From assembly GCA_951406725.2 (NCBI GenBank), contig OX597820.1, positions 60,760,001 through 60,824,000 of the forward strand: a DNA stretch of 64,000 nt. The letters are read 5' to 3'. The notes under the pieces were generated by a model. That model worked only from the letters and a program-made list of their open reading frames with translations. It did no database searches and was not told the DNA's origin. The position numbers were made by a program, and so were the translations under genes. Positions 27,011 to 40,683 of this stretch are shown piece by piece. Each line of letters opens with the position of its first letter. The stretch's first letter is position 1. The stretch comes from Octopus vulgaris. Taxonomy: Eukaryota.

Positions 27011-27211
27011 GATTGGTTTTATCTTTCTTGTTTTCTCTCTCATTTTCATCCTCGTTTATTTTATCGTATTTTCTTTCTCTATTCAACGTCTCTTTATATC
27101 TATATTTTTCCACATTTTCTTCCATTTACTCCACCCCACCTTCTATCTCGCTTTTTTCACCCTCTCTCATATAAATATATGTGTGTGTATGTGTGTGTGT
27201 GTGTGTGTGTA

Positions 27212-27290
<79 letters not shown>

Positions 27291-28396
27291 GTACAAGTGT
27301 GTCTTTATGTGTAGTGTTACATGTGTGTGTCTTGTATCTATTCTTACTTAACAAAGAACCAGAACAGATACCGCACAGCATCTAATAATTCTACCAATTC
27401 ATTGTCTTGCATTGGTTCTTTATTCTTTGTTGGAAAATGATATTTCATTCTATTTCATTTTAGCTTAATACAGTGATTAATGCGATGCTACTTTATAAAT
27501 GTTTGCAGATACAACAATCGCAGTAATGAAAATTTGAGAATCCAGAATTTCAGGATGGCGAATCTGGATCGGCTCGGAATGTTTTTAATTTACTCACAGA
27601 GTCGGTCTGATTCCAACATAGTACGATGTGTTTGACTACGGCCTCTCGGAGTAAAGTTGAAAAAAGTGTGACACACTGACACACTGACATTCGCATTTAT
27701 TATATGAAAAAAGAGAATTAAGAAATAGCTTGATGCGTTAGCAACATTCACTTATATTCCATCTTACAATAAATTTTCCCCACAATTCATTATAAAAACT
27801 GTCGATTTTTCTTTATTATAAAAAAAATATTTGTGGGAATGTTCTTGTCGAGAATAATTTCTACCAATAAGGATTCTTACGAAACCACAGTTGTGAAGAA
27901 CTGTGTATAACCCAATAAATCTACTGTCGTACTTGGAACATAGGCCATCGACGTCTTTCTCGACTGTTTTCGATTCAAGGTTGTCTTTTCTTCTCCTAGG
28001 TTTTGGTGGTTTTAAATTGTCATCGATGCTTCTGTAAGTCTATTTCCTTTCTTCTAAGTAAAGGCATTAGTCATATACAAAACCATTTTTACTTCTCGGA
28101 AGAAGTAGTCCAGATTAGTCTTGCCTCTATCCTTTGACCTGTCCAGCATGGGAGGCCCTACAAAGAGCATACGTTCCACTGGATTAGTTCTCAGGGTCAT
28201 TACAATACAAAAGCCGCCACATTGCAACAAGGACTGAACCTTACATTGTGGTCGCTTGTGTGCCTGATTGTGAACATGCTTTGTTCGGCTCTAAATGCAT
28301 GGAAGGCAAAGTAGGGACCGGTAGGATTTGAACTCATTCGAAAAGAGGTATGCCTAAATAACACATACTCAGAGAATAATAAATTAACATTTAAAT

Positions 28397-28810
28397 TCTT
28401 CTTCTTCTTCTTCTTGTGCATTTTGTCCTTTCCAACCTCCTCCTCCTCCTTCTTCTTCTTCTTCTTCTTCTTCTTCTTCTTCTTCTTCTTCTTCTTCTTC
28501 TTCTCTCCTCCTCCTCCTCCTCCTCCTTCTTCTTCTTCTTCTTCTTCTTCTTCTTCTTCTTCTTCTTCTTCTTTTTCTCCTCCTCCTCCTCCGCCTTCTT
28601 CTTCTTCTTCTTCTTCTTCTTCTTCTTCTTCTTCTTTTTCTCCTCCTCCGCCTTCTTTTTCTTCTTCTTCTTCTTCTTCTCCTCCCCCTCCCCCTTCTTC
28701 TTCTTCTTCTTCTTCTTCTTCTCCTCCTCCTCCTCCTTCTTCTTCTTCTTCTTCTTCTTCTTCTTCTTCTTCTTCTTCTTCTTCTTCTTCTTCTTCTTCT
28801 TCTTCTTCTT
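28397..28810. repeat. (TTC)n/(TCC)n polypyrimidine tract
   Basis: About 400 bp that is almost purely pyrimidine on the + strand. Confidence 0.95.
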
Positions 28811-29004
28811 TATATAAAGTTATTCAGTAATGCGCTAATTCATGAGAACAGATCATTTAAAGGTGTTAGGGAGGGATGCAATGTATATTAACTTCCGTCT
28901 AGGAGAAAGGATGTGAGGGAGACACAATGACGTCATCTGTATTACGATTGGAACCGGCTAAGCAAACTGAGCACGTATTACTATTATTATTTTTTATTAC
29001 ATAA

Positions 29005-29084
<80 letters not shown>

Positions 29085-29085
29085 G

Positions 29086-29138
<53 letters not shown>

Positions 29139-29148
29139 ACTGCTGCTG

Positions 29149-29202
<54 letters not shown>

Positions 29203-29345
29203 TACTGCTGCTGCTGCTGCTGCTGCCGCCGCTGCTACGGCTGCTGCTATTACTGCCGCTGCTACCACCACCAACACTACTACTATTAGCATCGTCGTCG
29301 TCGTCATCATCATCATCATCATCATCATCATCGTCATCATCATTT
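29005..29345. repeat. Compound trinucleotide array (CTA)n/(CTG)n/(CAT)n
   Basis: Direct reading. Confidence 0.95.
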
Positions 29346-30130
29346 TGATAACGGAGGTTGCACGTCGAGGTACATATAATACCATGCTTATTATATGACA
29401 TAATTATTGTATATAATGTATATAAAAAGAAATCGCAATGTGCTTGTATTTTACACAAAGCTTACAAAGTCATCGAGTTGCGCTCATAAAGTTACATATA
29501 TACAATGCGTTCTTATTTATATTAGTATTTATAGCTAAAAATATAATAAAGATGATATAAAACTACCATCGCGTGTCTGCCAGTATGTGCTTATATACGT
29601 ACAAACAATAATAACGATTTATTTTTTTAGTCTATTTATCTATTGTTATATTTATTTTATTTTATTTATATTATTTATTTTGTTATTTATTCATAAGTTT
29701 ATGCCAAGCCTATTTAGTTGCTAGAGTTACTTCCCTTCGAATGCAGCGTAAAACTCTAGAAAAGCAAGAAGTAAGGGGAGGATAACTTTGATAAACTTCG
29801 CTGGCAAAGCGTGTGAATGACGTCACTAAAACAATGATACAACGCAAATGATATCAAATTCATAAACTGAAGACTATATAGCAACCGTATAGCATTATTT
29901 GTTCCTATTAGAATAAATTGCCAGAGCATATTAAAACTAGTCTTCAAAAGCTTACAAGGACTAGAAACCTAGTTTCCAAGAATTACCCAGCAATCAATAA
30001 AATCACCCAGTTCATAGAGGCGACAAAAAGATAAAACAACGTAGACATTTAACAGTTCTTCATCTCTACTCTTTCTCCTGCTCTTTCTTCTCTTTGTATT
30101 TGTTTTATTTCTGTTTCTTATATATTTTAG

Positions 30131-30300
30131 CTTTTACTTGTTTCACTCATTAGACTACGGCCATGCTGCAGCACTGCCTTGAAGAATGTTAGTAGAACGA
30201 ATCGACCCCAGAACTGATTTTATTTTAAGACTTAATACTGATTCTATCGGTATCTTTTGCCGAACCGCTAGTTGTAAACACATCAATACCAATTGTCAGG

Positions 30301-30375
<75 letters not shown>

Positions 30376-30560
30376 GCACGCACACATAAAATATATGCGA
30401 CAGGCTTCTTCAGTTTCCGTCTACCAAATCCACTTAAAAGATTTTGATCAGCCCAGGGTTACACAAGAAGACACTTGCTCGAGGTGCCACGCAGTGGGAC
30501 TGAACCCAGAACCATGTGGTTGAGAAACAGGTTTCTTATCATATGCCTACGCCTGCGCCT
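30131..30560 (-). mobile_element. SINE family B
   Basis: Collinear with other family B copies; internal (CA)n. Confidence 0.85.
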
Positions 30561-30671
30561 ATATCATAAAATTTTTTTCTGTCAGTCTGTCACGGTTTGC
30601 CAGCATTACACGACGGGGTTAAATTGGTTTAATTAATTAATTAATTAATTAATTAATTAATTAATTAATTA

Positions 30672-31029
30672 GTCAAGCAAATCGACCCCAGGACTCATTA
30701 TTTGTAAGCCTAGTACTTATTCTATCGTTCTCTCTTACCGAACCGCTAAGTTACGGAGACGTAAACAGATCACCATCGGTTGTCAAGTGATGTTGGTGGG
30801 GGGGGGTACAAACACAGACACAAACATATACACACACATACATATATATATATACACATATATACGACGGGTTTCTTTCAGTTTCCGTCTACCAAATCCA
30901 CTCACAAGGCAGTGGCCGGCCCGGGGCTATAGTAGCAGACCCTTGCCCAAGGTGCCACGCAGTGGGAATAAACCCGGAACTCTGTGGTTGGTAAGCTAGC
31001 TACTTACCACACACCCACTCCTACACCTA
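30672..31029 (-). mobile_element. SINE family B, 3' end replaced by (TTAA)n
   Basis: Family match; abuts the (TTAA)n array at 30630-30670. Confidence 0.9.
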
Positions 31030-31352
31030 TTTAGTTTTTTTTTTAAATCACCATCCTGTAGAAGCGAAACCATAATCAACAACGTTTTATCCAAGACCTT
31101 CCCATTATATTTCATACATATTGCAAGTAGGACCACAAAATCGCCTTCGTTTATATGATGGTAGGATATCGTTTGAGGAATGTTCAGTTACTTTTTTTTG
31201 CAGATCGAATAGACTCAAAGAAATCCCTTGTAGGCTCGTCTATATAGGAAGGGTGTCCATAAGCACTTGACTTGATAGAACCCTGAATCATGGTTATACC
31301 CAATACTATTATTCATCACTGTTATACAAAGCAAATGCATTCATACATATAT

Positions 31353-31393
<41 letters not shown>

Positions 31394-31417
31394 CGTGCGA
31401 AGGCATTATGTATATAT

Positions 31418-31968
<551 letters not shown>

Positions 31969-31969
31969 A

Positions 31970-32013
<44 letters not shown>

Positions 32014-32898
32014 TACATACATACATATATGTATATATGTACATATATATACACACACATATATATATATATATATACATACACGCATGAATGCATACAT
32101 ACATACATACATACATACATACATACGTATGTGTGTATGTATGTATGTATGTATGTATGTATGTATGTATGTATGTATGTATGTATGTTTGCATCAACGA
32201 GTGTACTGTGTAGTTTGTATTTAAATAAAAGTTTGTTAAGTACGATCATTTGTGGCGAGAATGCACTACACTCCAGTTAAATGCAGGGTTTGTAGACTAT
32301 TCTGGATATCTCAGAAGCTGAACCGATAAACCTTGTCTACCATCTACGTAAAACCCGCTAGAAAAAGAATCCCCGGTATAAAAAGCATTGATGAACATGA
32401 AGATGCTCCATTATGTAAGTTACAAGTTCAGGAGAGATGGCGTTAATATATGGTCAATTGTTTGTTCTCTAAAGGTTGTCATCAATTCTAGGTCGATATT
32501 TATATATATGAGACCTGCTCATACCAAATATGCTTTTGGAACGATCTGATCGAGAGAATCAAAGTGTACGAAGCTGATAAAAGTATGATGATGACCAGTT
32601 GGTATTTTATGATGAGAATGTTCCGCCATGCATATATAAATATCAGTAGGCATATACATACATACGTGCATACATACATACATACATACATACATACATA
32701 CATACATACATACATACATACATACATACATACATACATACATACATACATACGTACATACATACGTACACACACATGCATACATACATACATACATACA
32801 TACATACATACATACATACATACACACATACATACATAAATACATACACGAGCACAACCACAACACACACAGACTACAAATGCATACATACATACATA

Positions 32899-33403
32899 CC
32901 GTAAATCCTCTAGTATAATCCGCATTTTTCCCCAAATCCCTAGTGCGTACTATATACGAGGTTAAAAATGAAAAATATTTTCTAAGCAATGTTCGAGTCT
33001 CTATTTGCTGTCCGAAGGTGTTTATTCAGACGCATTTTGTGATGTCGGGCGCGAAAATACCTTAAGCTAAGCCTGAAAGCAATGAAGTCATAAAAGAATC
33101 ATCCATTACTTGCAGTAAGCAACATTTATTAAACATTATTACTGTTATTACTGTTATTTCTTTATTTTCTGCACGCAAAATGCACAAAAAAGCTACACGT
33201 TTGCATTACGTAATATATACAATAATAATAAAGGACGTTACCGTATACATTTTTACAAACCAAAGACGTTATATAGACCTCCTTGACTCAAGTTAGAGAA
33301 AGGGTGCGTATTATACACAAGGTTTAAGTTTTTCAGAGGTACAGCCCCCTAAAAATTCCCTGCGTATTATGCACAAAGGCGGACTATACCCGAGAATTTA
33401 CGG
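32899..33403. mobile_element. Non-autonomous pogo/Tigger-like DNA transposon (MITE)
   Basis: TIRs ccgtaaatcctctagtataatccgc / gcggactatacccgagaatttacgg, flanked by TA on both sides. Confidence 0.85.
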
Positions 33404-33416
33404 TACATGTATAAAT

Positions 33417-33447
<31 letters not shown>

Positions 33448-33606
33448 ACCACAACACACACAGACCACACATGCATACATACATACATACATACATACAT
33501 ACATACATACATACATACATACATACATACATACATACATACATACATACATACATACATACATACATGCATACATACATACATACATACCTACGTATAT
33601 CTGTGT

Positions 33607-33650
<44 letters not shown>

Positions 33651-33661
33651 TTATAGATGTA

Positions 33662-33755
33662 CCGTAAATCCTCGAGTATAGTCCGCTGGGAATTTTTAGG
33701 GGCTGTACCTCTGAAAAACTTAAACTTTGTGTATAATACGCACCCCTTGAACTTG
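33662..33755. mobile_element. Inverted partial copy of the right end of the 32899-33403 MITE
   Basis: Reverse complement of ~33289-33403 with a ~20-bp deletion. Confidence 0.85.
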
Positions 33756-34369
33756 CTATTCCTTTATTTTATCAGTTACATCTTTCAGTATTCTATAGTA
33801 CATAGTGTCACACTTTAAATGCAATCCTTAAATCCACCTTAGAAGTGCAGAATGCATAATAAATCAGGTATTTCTTGTCTGTCTCAAGAAGCGTTTTGAT
33901 TCATTATGCATGCTGTACTTCTAACTGTTGTCTAAGGATTAAATTTATAGTGTCGAATACTGTGTTATCAAATACTGAAACATGTGTAACAGATGAAAAA
34001 AAGGAATACTAAATATAAGGCCATGTTATTTTATCTTATTGATGTGCTCTTTATATTACGTTATAATTCTCCTCTCACTGTATGTGACCCCATGTGATCA
34101 TACAACGGTAGGTGATTACCTGAATTAACAAAAGTGCCGAAACCTAAACTGGGAAAGTGTCGCGAACTGAGCTCATCAATTCTTCTGTGTGTACGTGCAT
34201 GAGTGTGTGTGTGTGTGTGTGTTTGTGTGTATTTATGTATGCGTGTGCGTGTACGTGTGTATTTGTGTATGCGTGTGTGTGTACGTGTGTATTTGTGTAT
34301 GTATGTATTTGTGTATGTATGTATGCAAATACAACACACACACGCGCACGCACACACACACTCACGCAC

Positions 34370-34478
34370 TTAAAAGACTTGTTTTATTTATATTCCTGAG
34401 CGCCATACTAATACAATTGTTTGTTTGTATTCCACCTGCCCTCGTCTTTTGTTTATTTTCATAAAGCTTCCCGTTATA
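34370..34478 (+). mobile_element. Second copy (3' part) of the 23420-23555 repeat
   Basis: taaaaga...gagcg...actaataca...cacctg..ctcgtcttttgttt shared. Confidence 0.6.
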
Positions 34479-34480
34479 TA

Positions 34481-34886
34481 CTCTTTTACTTGTTTCAGTC
34501 ATTTGACTGCGTCCGTACTGGAGCACCGCCTTTAGTCGAGCAAATCGACCCCAGGACTTATTCTTTGTAAGCCTAGTACTTATTCTATCGGTCACATTTT
34601 CCGAACCGCTAGGTTACGGGGACGTAAACACATCACCATCGGTAGTCAAGCGTAGTTAGAGGGGGGACAAACACAGACACACAAACACACGCACACACAT
34701 ATATATATATACATATACATATATACGACAGGCTTCTTTTAGTTTCCGTCTACCAAATCCACTCACAAGGCTTTGGTCGGCCCGAGTCTATAGTAGATAA
34801 CACTTGCCGAAGGTGCCACGCAGTGTGATAGAACCTGTGACCATGTGGTTGGCAAGCAAGCTACTTACTACGCAGCCACTCCAGCG

Positions 34887-34888
<2 letters not shown>
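34481..34888 (-). mobile_element. SINE family B
   Basis: Family match, near full length. Confidence 0.95.
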
Positions 34889-34922
<34 letters not shown>

Positions 34923-35597
34923 TTTCTACATTATTTATATGCACTATTCCTGCTGTTGTATCTATCCTTCTGCAAACAGACGACACACATCATAATCAAC
35001 ACACGCTAGATAAGTTCTGCGTCCTTCAATAGAGATAGTAGAGTTGCATCTCGAAGATAAAGCATTTCCTAATCCAAATTCACCTTCCTTGATCAGTTAA
35101 TAGCCTTCAACAAACCAAAATGCACGGTCGGCACACACCTAGATTACTTTAACAAAATGGGTCATACAAATGGTATAATTAGCATACCTGCAAAAAAAGA
35201 AACCCCAAAAAAACAGTTTCCTCTGAGGTAGAAAATTCTTTCCTAATGCTTCTTACTCGGGCTATAAGCATGTCGTAACACCTCACTGCTGATGTTTTCG
35301 GGTCAAAATATCACATATATATATATTCGCGTTGACTGAGAGCTGATTCCATCTCAACAGCCACAAAGGATATGAAAAATTCATTCAACCGAAATATTGA
35401 AAGTCTCTTCCGAACTTTCAAAGATTTTATGAATCGTCTTCTACCTCCTTCTATCGTTACGAAGATTAAACACTTTGTGACAGCATGTGGATCATCAACG
35501 ACCACTATAAATATAACTCATCAACACCGTGATTACACACGTGCCAAGAGACACACATTTGCACATAAACTCATATACATACAGTCATTTATATATG

Positions 35598-35817
35598 CAG
35601 TAATCCCTCGACTATCACGGGTGTTACGTTCCAAAACACCCCACGATAAGTGAAAATCCACGAAATAGAAACAATACTGTACTGTATATTTAATATTATT
35701 ATCTTTATAATTTGTATATATTTATTTCATTATAAATGCAAAACAACACTACAGAGGAATCGACGTCAGATTTTATAATAAACTGCGATAGGTGAACCGC
35801 AATATAGCGAGGAGTTA

Positions 35818-35820
<3 letters not shown>
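35598..35820 (+). mobile_element. Tigger/pogo-like MITE, copy 1
   Basis: TIR cagtaatccctcg..atc.cgg / ccgcaatatagcgaggagttact. Confidence 0.8.
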
Positions 35821-35850
<30 letters not shown>

Positions 35851-36059
35851 CAGTAATCCCTTGCCATATCGCAGTTCACCTATCGCGGTTCACCTATCGC
35901 AGTACACCTATCGCGGCTTATTATTTAAGCTGACATCGATTCATCCGTAGTGTTGTTTTGCATTTATAATAAAATAAATATATACAAATTATAAAAATAT
36001 AAAAAAAATATAGCACTGTTTCTACTTCGCGGATTTTATAGTAATCACGCGGATTACTG
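35851..36059 (-). mobile_element. Tigger/pogo-like MITE, copy 2 (opposite orientation)
   Basis: Reverse complement of copy 1; TA flanks; internal triplication of ttcacctatcgc. Confidence 0.8.
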
Positions 36060-36063
36060 TATA

Positions 36064-36898
36064 TGTGGTCTGATCAATAAGTATCCGGACTGTTGCCATA
36101 GTAATGACGCTAAAGCACGCAGAGTGAAGCCACTTAGCACAGATTGACCGTGAATGATGCTGTGCATGCGCCCTAAGTTTTAACGTTCTAGCTCACTTCC
36201 ACTGTTTACAGCAGTGCTTGAAAGGAACGAGTATAACGCGTGATCGTCGCATTGACCATGATAGGGAAAGTTGAGCAGAGAATCTGCATCAAATTTTACC
36301 AAAAGCTTGGCGATAACTGCTCAGAATCGAACGAAAAGTTACAGAAAGTGTATGGAGAGGAGTCTATGAGCCGTACACAAGTGTACAAGTGTACAAGTGT
36401 ACAAGTGGTTCAGACGTTTCCAACATGGCCGAAAAAATGTCGATAGTGACGAACGTTCTGAGAGACCCGCAACCAGCAGAACTGAGAAAAATATCCCAGA
36501 TATGCGTGAAGCTGTGAGGGCAAATTGTCGAATCACCATCTGTGAGTTATCAGAGGGTGTGCAGTTTAGCTATGGCTCAATTCAATTCATTATCATTGAA
36601 GAGTTGGGTAAGAGACGCGTGTCTGCCAAGTTTGTGTCCAAACTGCTTTCAGCTGACCAAAAAGACACTCAAGTTTCAATTGGACGAGATCTCGGAGGAC
36701 GGTGAAAACTTTTTTGAAAGCGATTATAACGAGTTATGAATCGTAGCTCTATAGCTATGACCCCGAAACAAAGGCTCAGTCTTCACAGTGGAAGACCTCA
36801 ACCTCTCCGAGACCGAAGAAAGCACGAATGAGTCGCACTGCAAGGGGATTGTTCATCATGAGTATGCTCTACATGGTCAGACAGTAAACAAGGAGAAC

Positions 36899-36901
<3 letters not shown>
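36064..36901 (+). mobile_element. Mariner DNA transposon, 3'-truncated, transposase pseudogene (ATG 36258)
   Basis: TA + TIR tgtggtctgatcaataagtatccggactg. Protein EQRICIKF..SRTQVYKWFRRF..DERSERP..RRVSAKFVSKLL..YDPETKAQSSQW..GIVHHEY..GQTVN. Frameshifted by an 8-bp tandem triplication (tacaagtg) and by deletions. Confidence 0.95.
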
Positions 36902-36984
<83 letters not shown>

Positions 36985-36986
<2 letters not shown>

Positions 36987-37142
36987 GGGCTTCTTTCAGT
37001 TTCAGTCTGCCAAATCCTTTCACAAGTCTCTGGTCGGTTCGAGGCTATAGTAGACACTTGCCCAAGGTGCCACGCAGTGGTACTGAACCCGGAACCATGT
37101 GGCTGGTAAGCAAGCTACTTACACACAGCCACGCCTGCACCT
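36985..37142 (-). mobile_element. SINE family B, 5' half
   Basis: Family match; broken at its internal (TA)n, which abuts the mariner. Confidence 0.85.
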
Positions 37143-37145
37143 ATA

Positions 37146-37224
<79 letters not shown>

Positions 37225-37330
37225 AATAATAATAAATTCCAGGGTAGCAAAAAAAATTTTGTTTAGCTACCAGTGGCCTAGCGAGAAGAAAAAACTAGTC
37301 GATAGACTATATATTATTCATATAAAAATA

Positions 37331-37620
37331 CAGTGTACATTTAAACATATAAGAGATAGCCATAACAGGATATTTGACCCGCTAGAAGGAGTAGTTAATC
37401 ACCAAACCACTATTAGGGGTAATAATATATATATATATATATAAAATATTTTATTTGCTGAAGATAGCTTGGACCCATGGTACAGGAAATAGATGGTAAA
37501 TGTTTTTATTTTTCCTTCCCTTTCGAAATTACCCCTAATAGTGGTTTGGTGTTTAACTATTCTTTCTAGCAGGTCAGATGTCCTGTTATGACCATCTCTT
37601 ATGTGTTTAAATGTACGTTG
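37331..37620. mobile_element. Long-TIR element (MITE or fold-back) with ~93-bp inverted arms
   Basis: 37331-37423 is the reverse complement of 37528-37620; TA|CAGTG...TG|TA ends. Confidence 0.7.
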
Positions 37621-37624
37621 TATG

Positions 37625-37681
<57 letters not shown>

Positions 37682-37692
37682 ATATATTATAT

Positions 37693-37849
37693 TGTCGGTT
37701 AGGGCAAGAAGTGTGCCAGCTGATCCTGATTATCGGAACACTTGGCTCGTGAAATTAGCTTGTCTAGCTCATGGGTACAAGGTGGCACCGGGTATCGAAC
37801 TCACGATCGTGCGATCATGTCCCAAATACGCTAACCACTAAGCCCCCGC
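37693..37849 (-). mobile_element. SINE family C, deleted and diverged
   Basis: Head ctaaccactaagcc and gctcgtgaaatta segments match family C. Confidence 0.6.
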
Positions 37850-37927
37850 ATCTATATGTGTGCGTGTGTGTGTGCGTGTGTGTGTACCTAGAGAGTGGGT
37901 TGCAGATAGATAGACAGATAGATAGAC

Positions 37928-38025
<98 letters not shown>

Positions 38026-38354
38026 ATAAATACGTACATACATAATACATACATATATACATACATACATACATACACACACACACATACATAGACAGAT
38101 ATATAGAAAGAAAAACACACAGAGAGAATAAAGCTTTATAGAGTCAGTCACGAGCCTACAAGCTCATATGGCCAGACATGTACTTGGAAGGACCTCAAAT
38201 AAATTGTAAGGGTCGTCGCCAACACATGATTGGCACTCATTTCCAATGAGTATAGATGCAGATCTAAGGGTCAGCCTAACAAATTCATGGCATGGCTTTC
38301 GGTACCGAGCAGCGGTATTTCATCTCCTGTTGCTCCAGTCTACTCAGCTAATAC

Positions 38355-38481
<127 letters not shown>

Positions 38482-38529
38482 CGTAGATAGATAGATAGAT
38501 AGATAGCTGTCTGTCTATCTATCTGCCTA

Positions 38530-38563
<34 letters not shown>

Positions 38564-38948
38564 CATGGGATCAAAAGTGTACGTACGCCGCTATATGTAT
38601 ATATACAAAAAACAAAACAAAGCAAAAAATGGTATGTACCATTTCTCCGTTTTTTATTTCGTCCTTGTTTTCGTATACATTCGCTTGCTTTCTTCCAAAG
38701 AATCTAATGCTCATAGCTAGATCTTCTTGGGGCCGGCCAGGTTGAGCAGTCTCGTGTGTAACCATCCGAAACTGCAACGACGAACTGGTACTCAACTGAT
38801 GAAAGAAAGCTCCGAATGACCCGTCCTTGTTTTATCCTGGCTTTTTTTATATCGTCTAACTGTCCGGATGTTTTGTTGCCGCCTGGTACATTCTTGTTCC
38901 ATTTATGCTTTCATTTTTCTCTCTCTCCCTTTCTCTCCCTCCCTCCCC

Positions 38949-38999
<51 letters not shown>

Positions 39000-39217
39000 G
39001 TATACATATATACCTGTAAGATTATATACGTATATCTAAATACATGTATACATGCGCGCGCACATGCATACATACACACACACACACATACATACATATA
39101 TATATATATATATATGTACACACACATACACACACACACATATATACATATATATATATATATGTATGCATTCATATACAATATGCGCGCACTTACATCT
39201 GTATATACATATACATA

Positions 39218-39445
39218 TTCTTTTATTCTTTTAGTTGTTTCAGTCATTTGACTGCGGCCATGCTGGAACACCGCCTTTAGTCGTACAAATCGACCACAGA
39301 TCTTATTCTTTGTAAGCCTAGTACTTAATCTAGCGTTTCTCTTTTGCCGAACCACTAAGTTACGGGGACATAAGAACATCAACATCGGTTGTGAAGTGAT
39401 GTTGGGTGGCGGGGTGGGGAACAAACACAGACACACAAACATATA
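39218..39445 (-). mobile_element. SINE family B, 3' half
   Basis: Family match; truncated at the internal microsatellite. Confidence 0.85.
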
Positions 39446-39454
39446 CATGCATAC

Positions 39455-39504
<50 letters not shown>

Positions 39505-39868
39505 GTGTGTGTGTGTGTGTGCGTGTGTGTGTGTGTACATGTGAAGGAGTGACAAAGAGAAAAGTTATTACTTTGTATAGCTTTGGTCAAACCAGCAAAT
39601 CCTGGGATTGACCTTATTTATTATTTATGAAGCTGTAATATCACAAATTAATCACACATATGTTGATGTAAATTTCGTATCTTGAAATATTCATATTGTA
39701 TTCACAGGTCATGCGCGCATATATATTACCTTTACAAGTGTACAAATTTAATCAACCTTACATAGATACTAAATTAAATTATAATTTCAGAATATATCCT
39801 CACTGTACATTCAAACGTGAGTGAGAGCTCGTGGGTGTTAGTACATGTGTGTGTATGTATGCAAGAGA

Positions 39869-39909
<41 letters not shown>

Positions 39910-40390
39910 TGTGTGTGTGTGGTGGTGGAGAAGGGAGTGTTTGAGAGGGCGGAGAGAAATAGATTGTTGCACAATAACATAGGCAGTCACTGAGATCATG
40001 TTACACCTGGAAAGATACGCCTTCACTATTCACGAAGAGAGGATGACAAGCAACTTCCTGATTAAAAAAGGAACAAAGTAAAAAAAAAAAAATACGATAG
40101 AAAATACGGGTTGAGTCTGTTGTTATTCACATGGCTTTAACTGAATATCAGTTATACAACGTTGATAAGCAATTGTATCGAAGAGAAAATTGTCTCCAAA
40201 CCTGGAAATTTATTTATGAGGGCAACCAAAATATTATCAGTGCGATTGCTCGACTTGGTATAGAGAGAAGCCAAACCCTTCTTAAAATATTTCCCTTGTG
40301 TCTTTAAAATAGGGAATGATGTAATATATAAGCATAATGTGAAAGCGTTTGCGACCGGAAATCTTGCGATTACAGGTATTCTCGAAAAGG

Positions 40391-40683
40391 GTGAAGGCGC
40401 GTGGTTAGGGCCATTCGGCTCATGATCGTAAGGTCGTGAGTTCAATTCCCGGCGGCGCGTTGTGTCCTTGAGTAAAACACTTTATTTCACGTTACTCCAG
40501 TCCATTTAGCTGGCAAAAATGAGTAGTACCTGTATTCCAAAGGGCCAGCCTTGTTACACACTCTACCACGCTGAATCTCCCCGAGAACTACGTTAAGGGT
40601 ACACGTGTTAGTGGAGTGCTCAGCCACTTGCACGTTAATTTCGTATCAGCTGGGACCCTCGTCGTCGCACCGACGGAGTGCTC
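40391..40683 (+). mobile_element. SINE family C
   Basis: gaaggcgcgtggttagggc...gagttcaattcccgg...ttgtgtccttgag...ccgacggagtgc. Confidence 0.9.

Noticed and set aside
28414-28830. Poly-Ser/Pro ORF resembling an extensin or mucin
   Set aside because: Pure TTC/TCC repeat with non-ATG start; open in more than one frame.
32270-32460. Possible decayed zinc-knuckle region (KCRVC...) of an RLE element between TATG/CATA arrays
   Set aside because: Only a few residues match and no continuous frame can be reconstructed.
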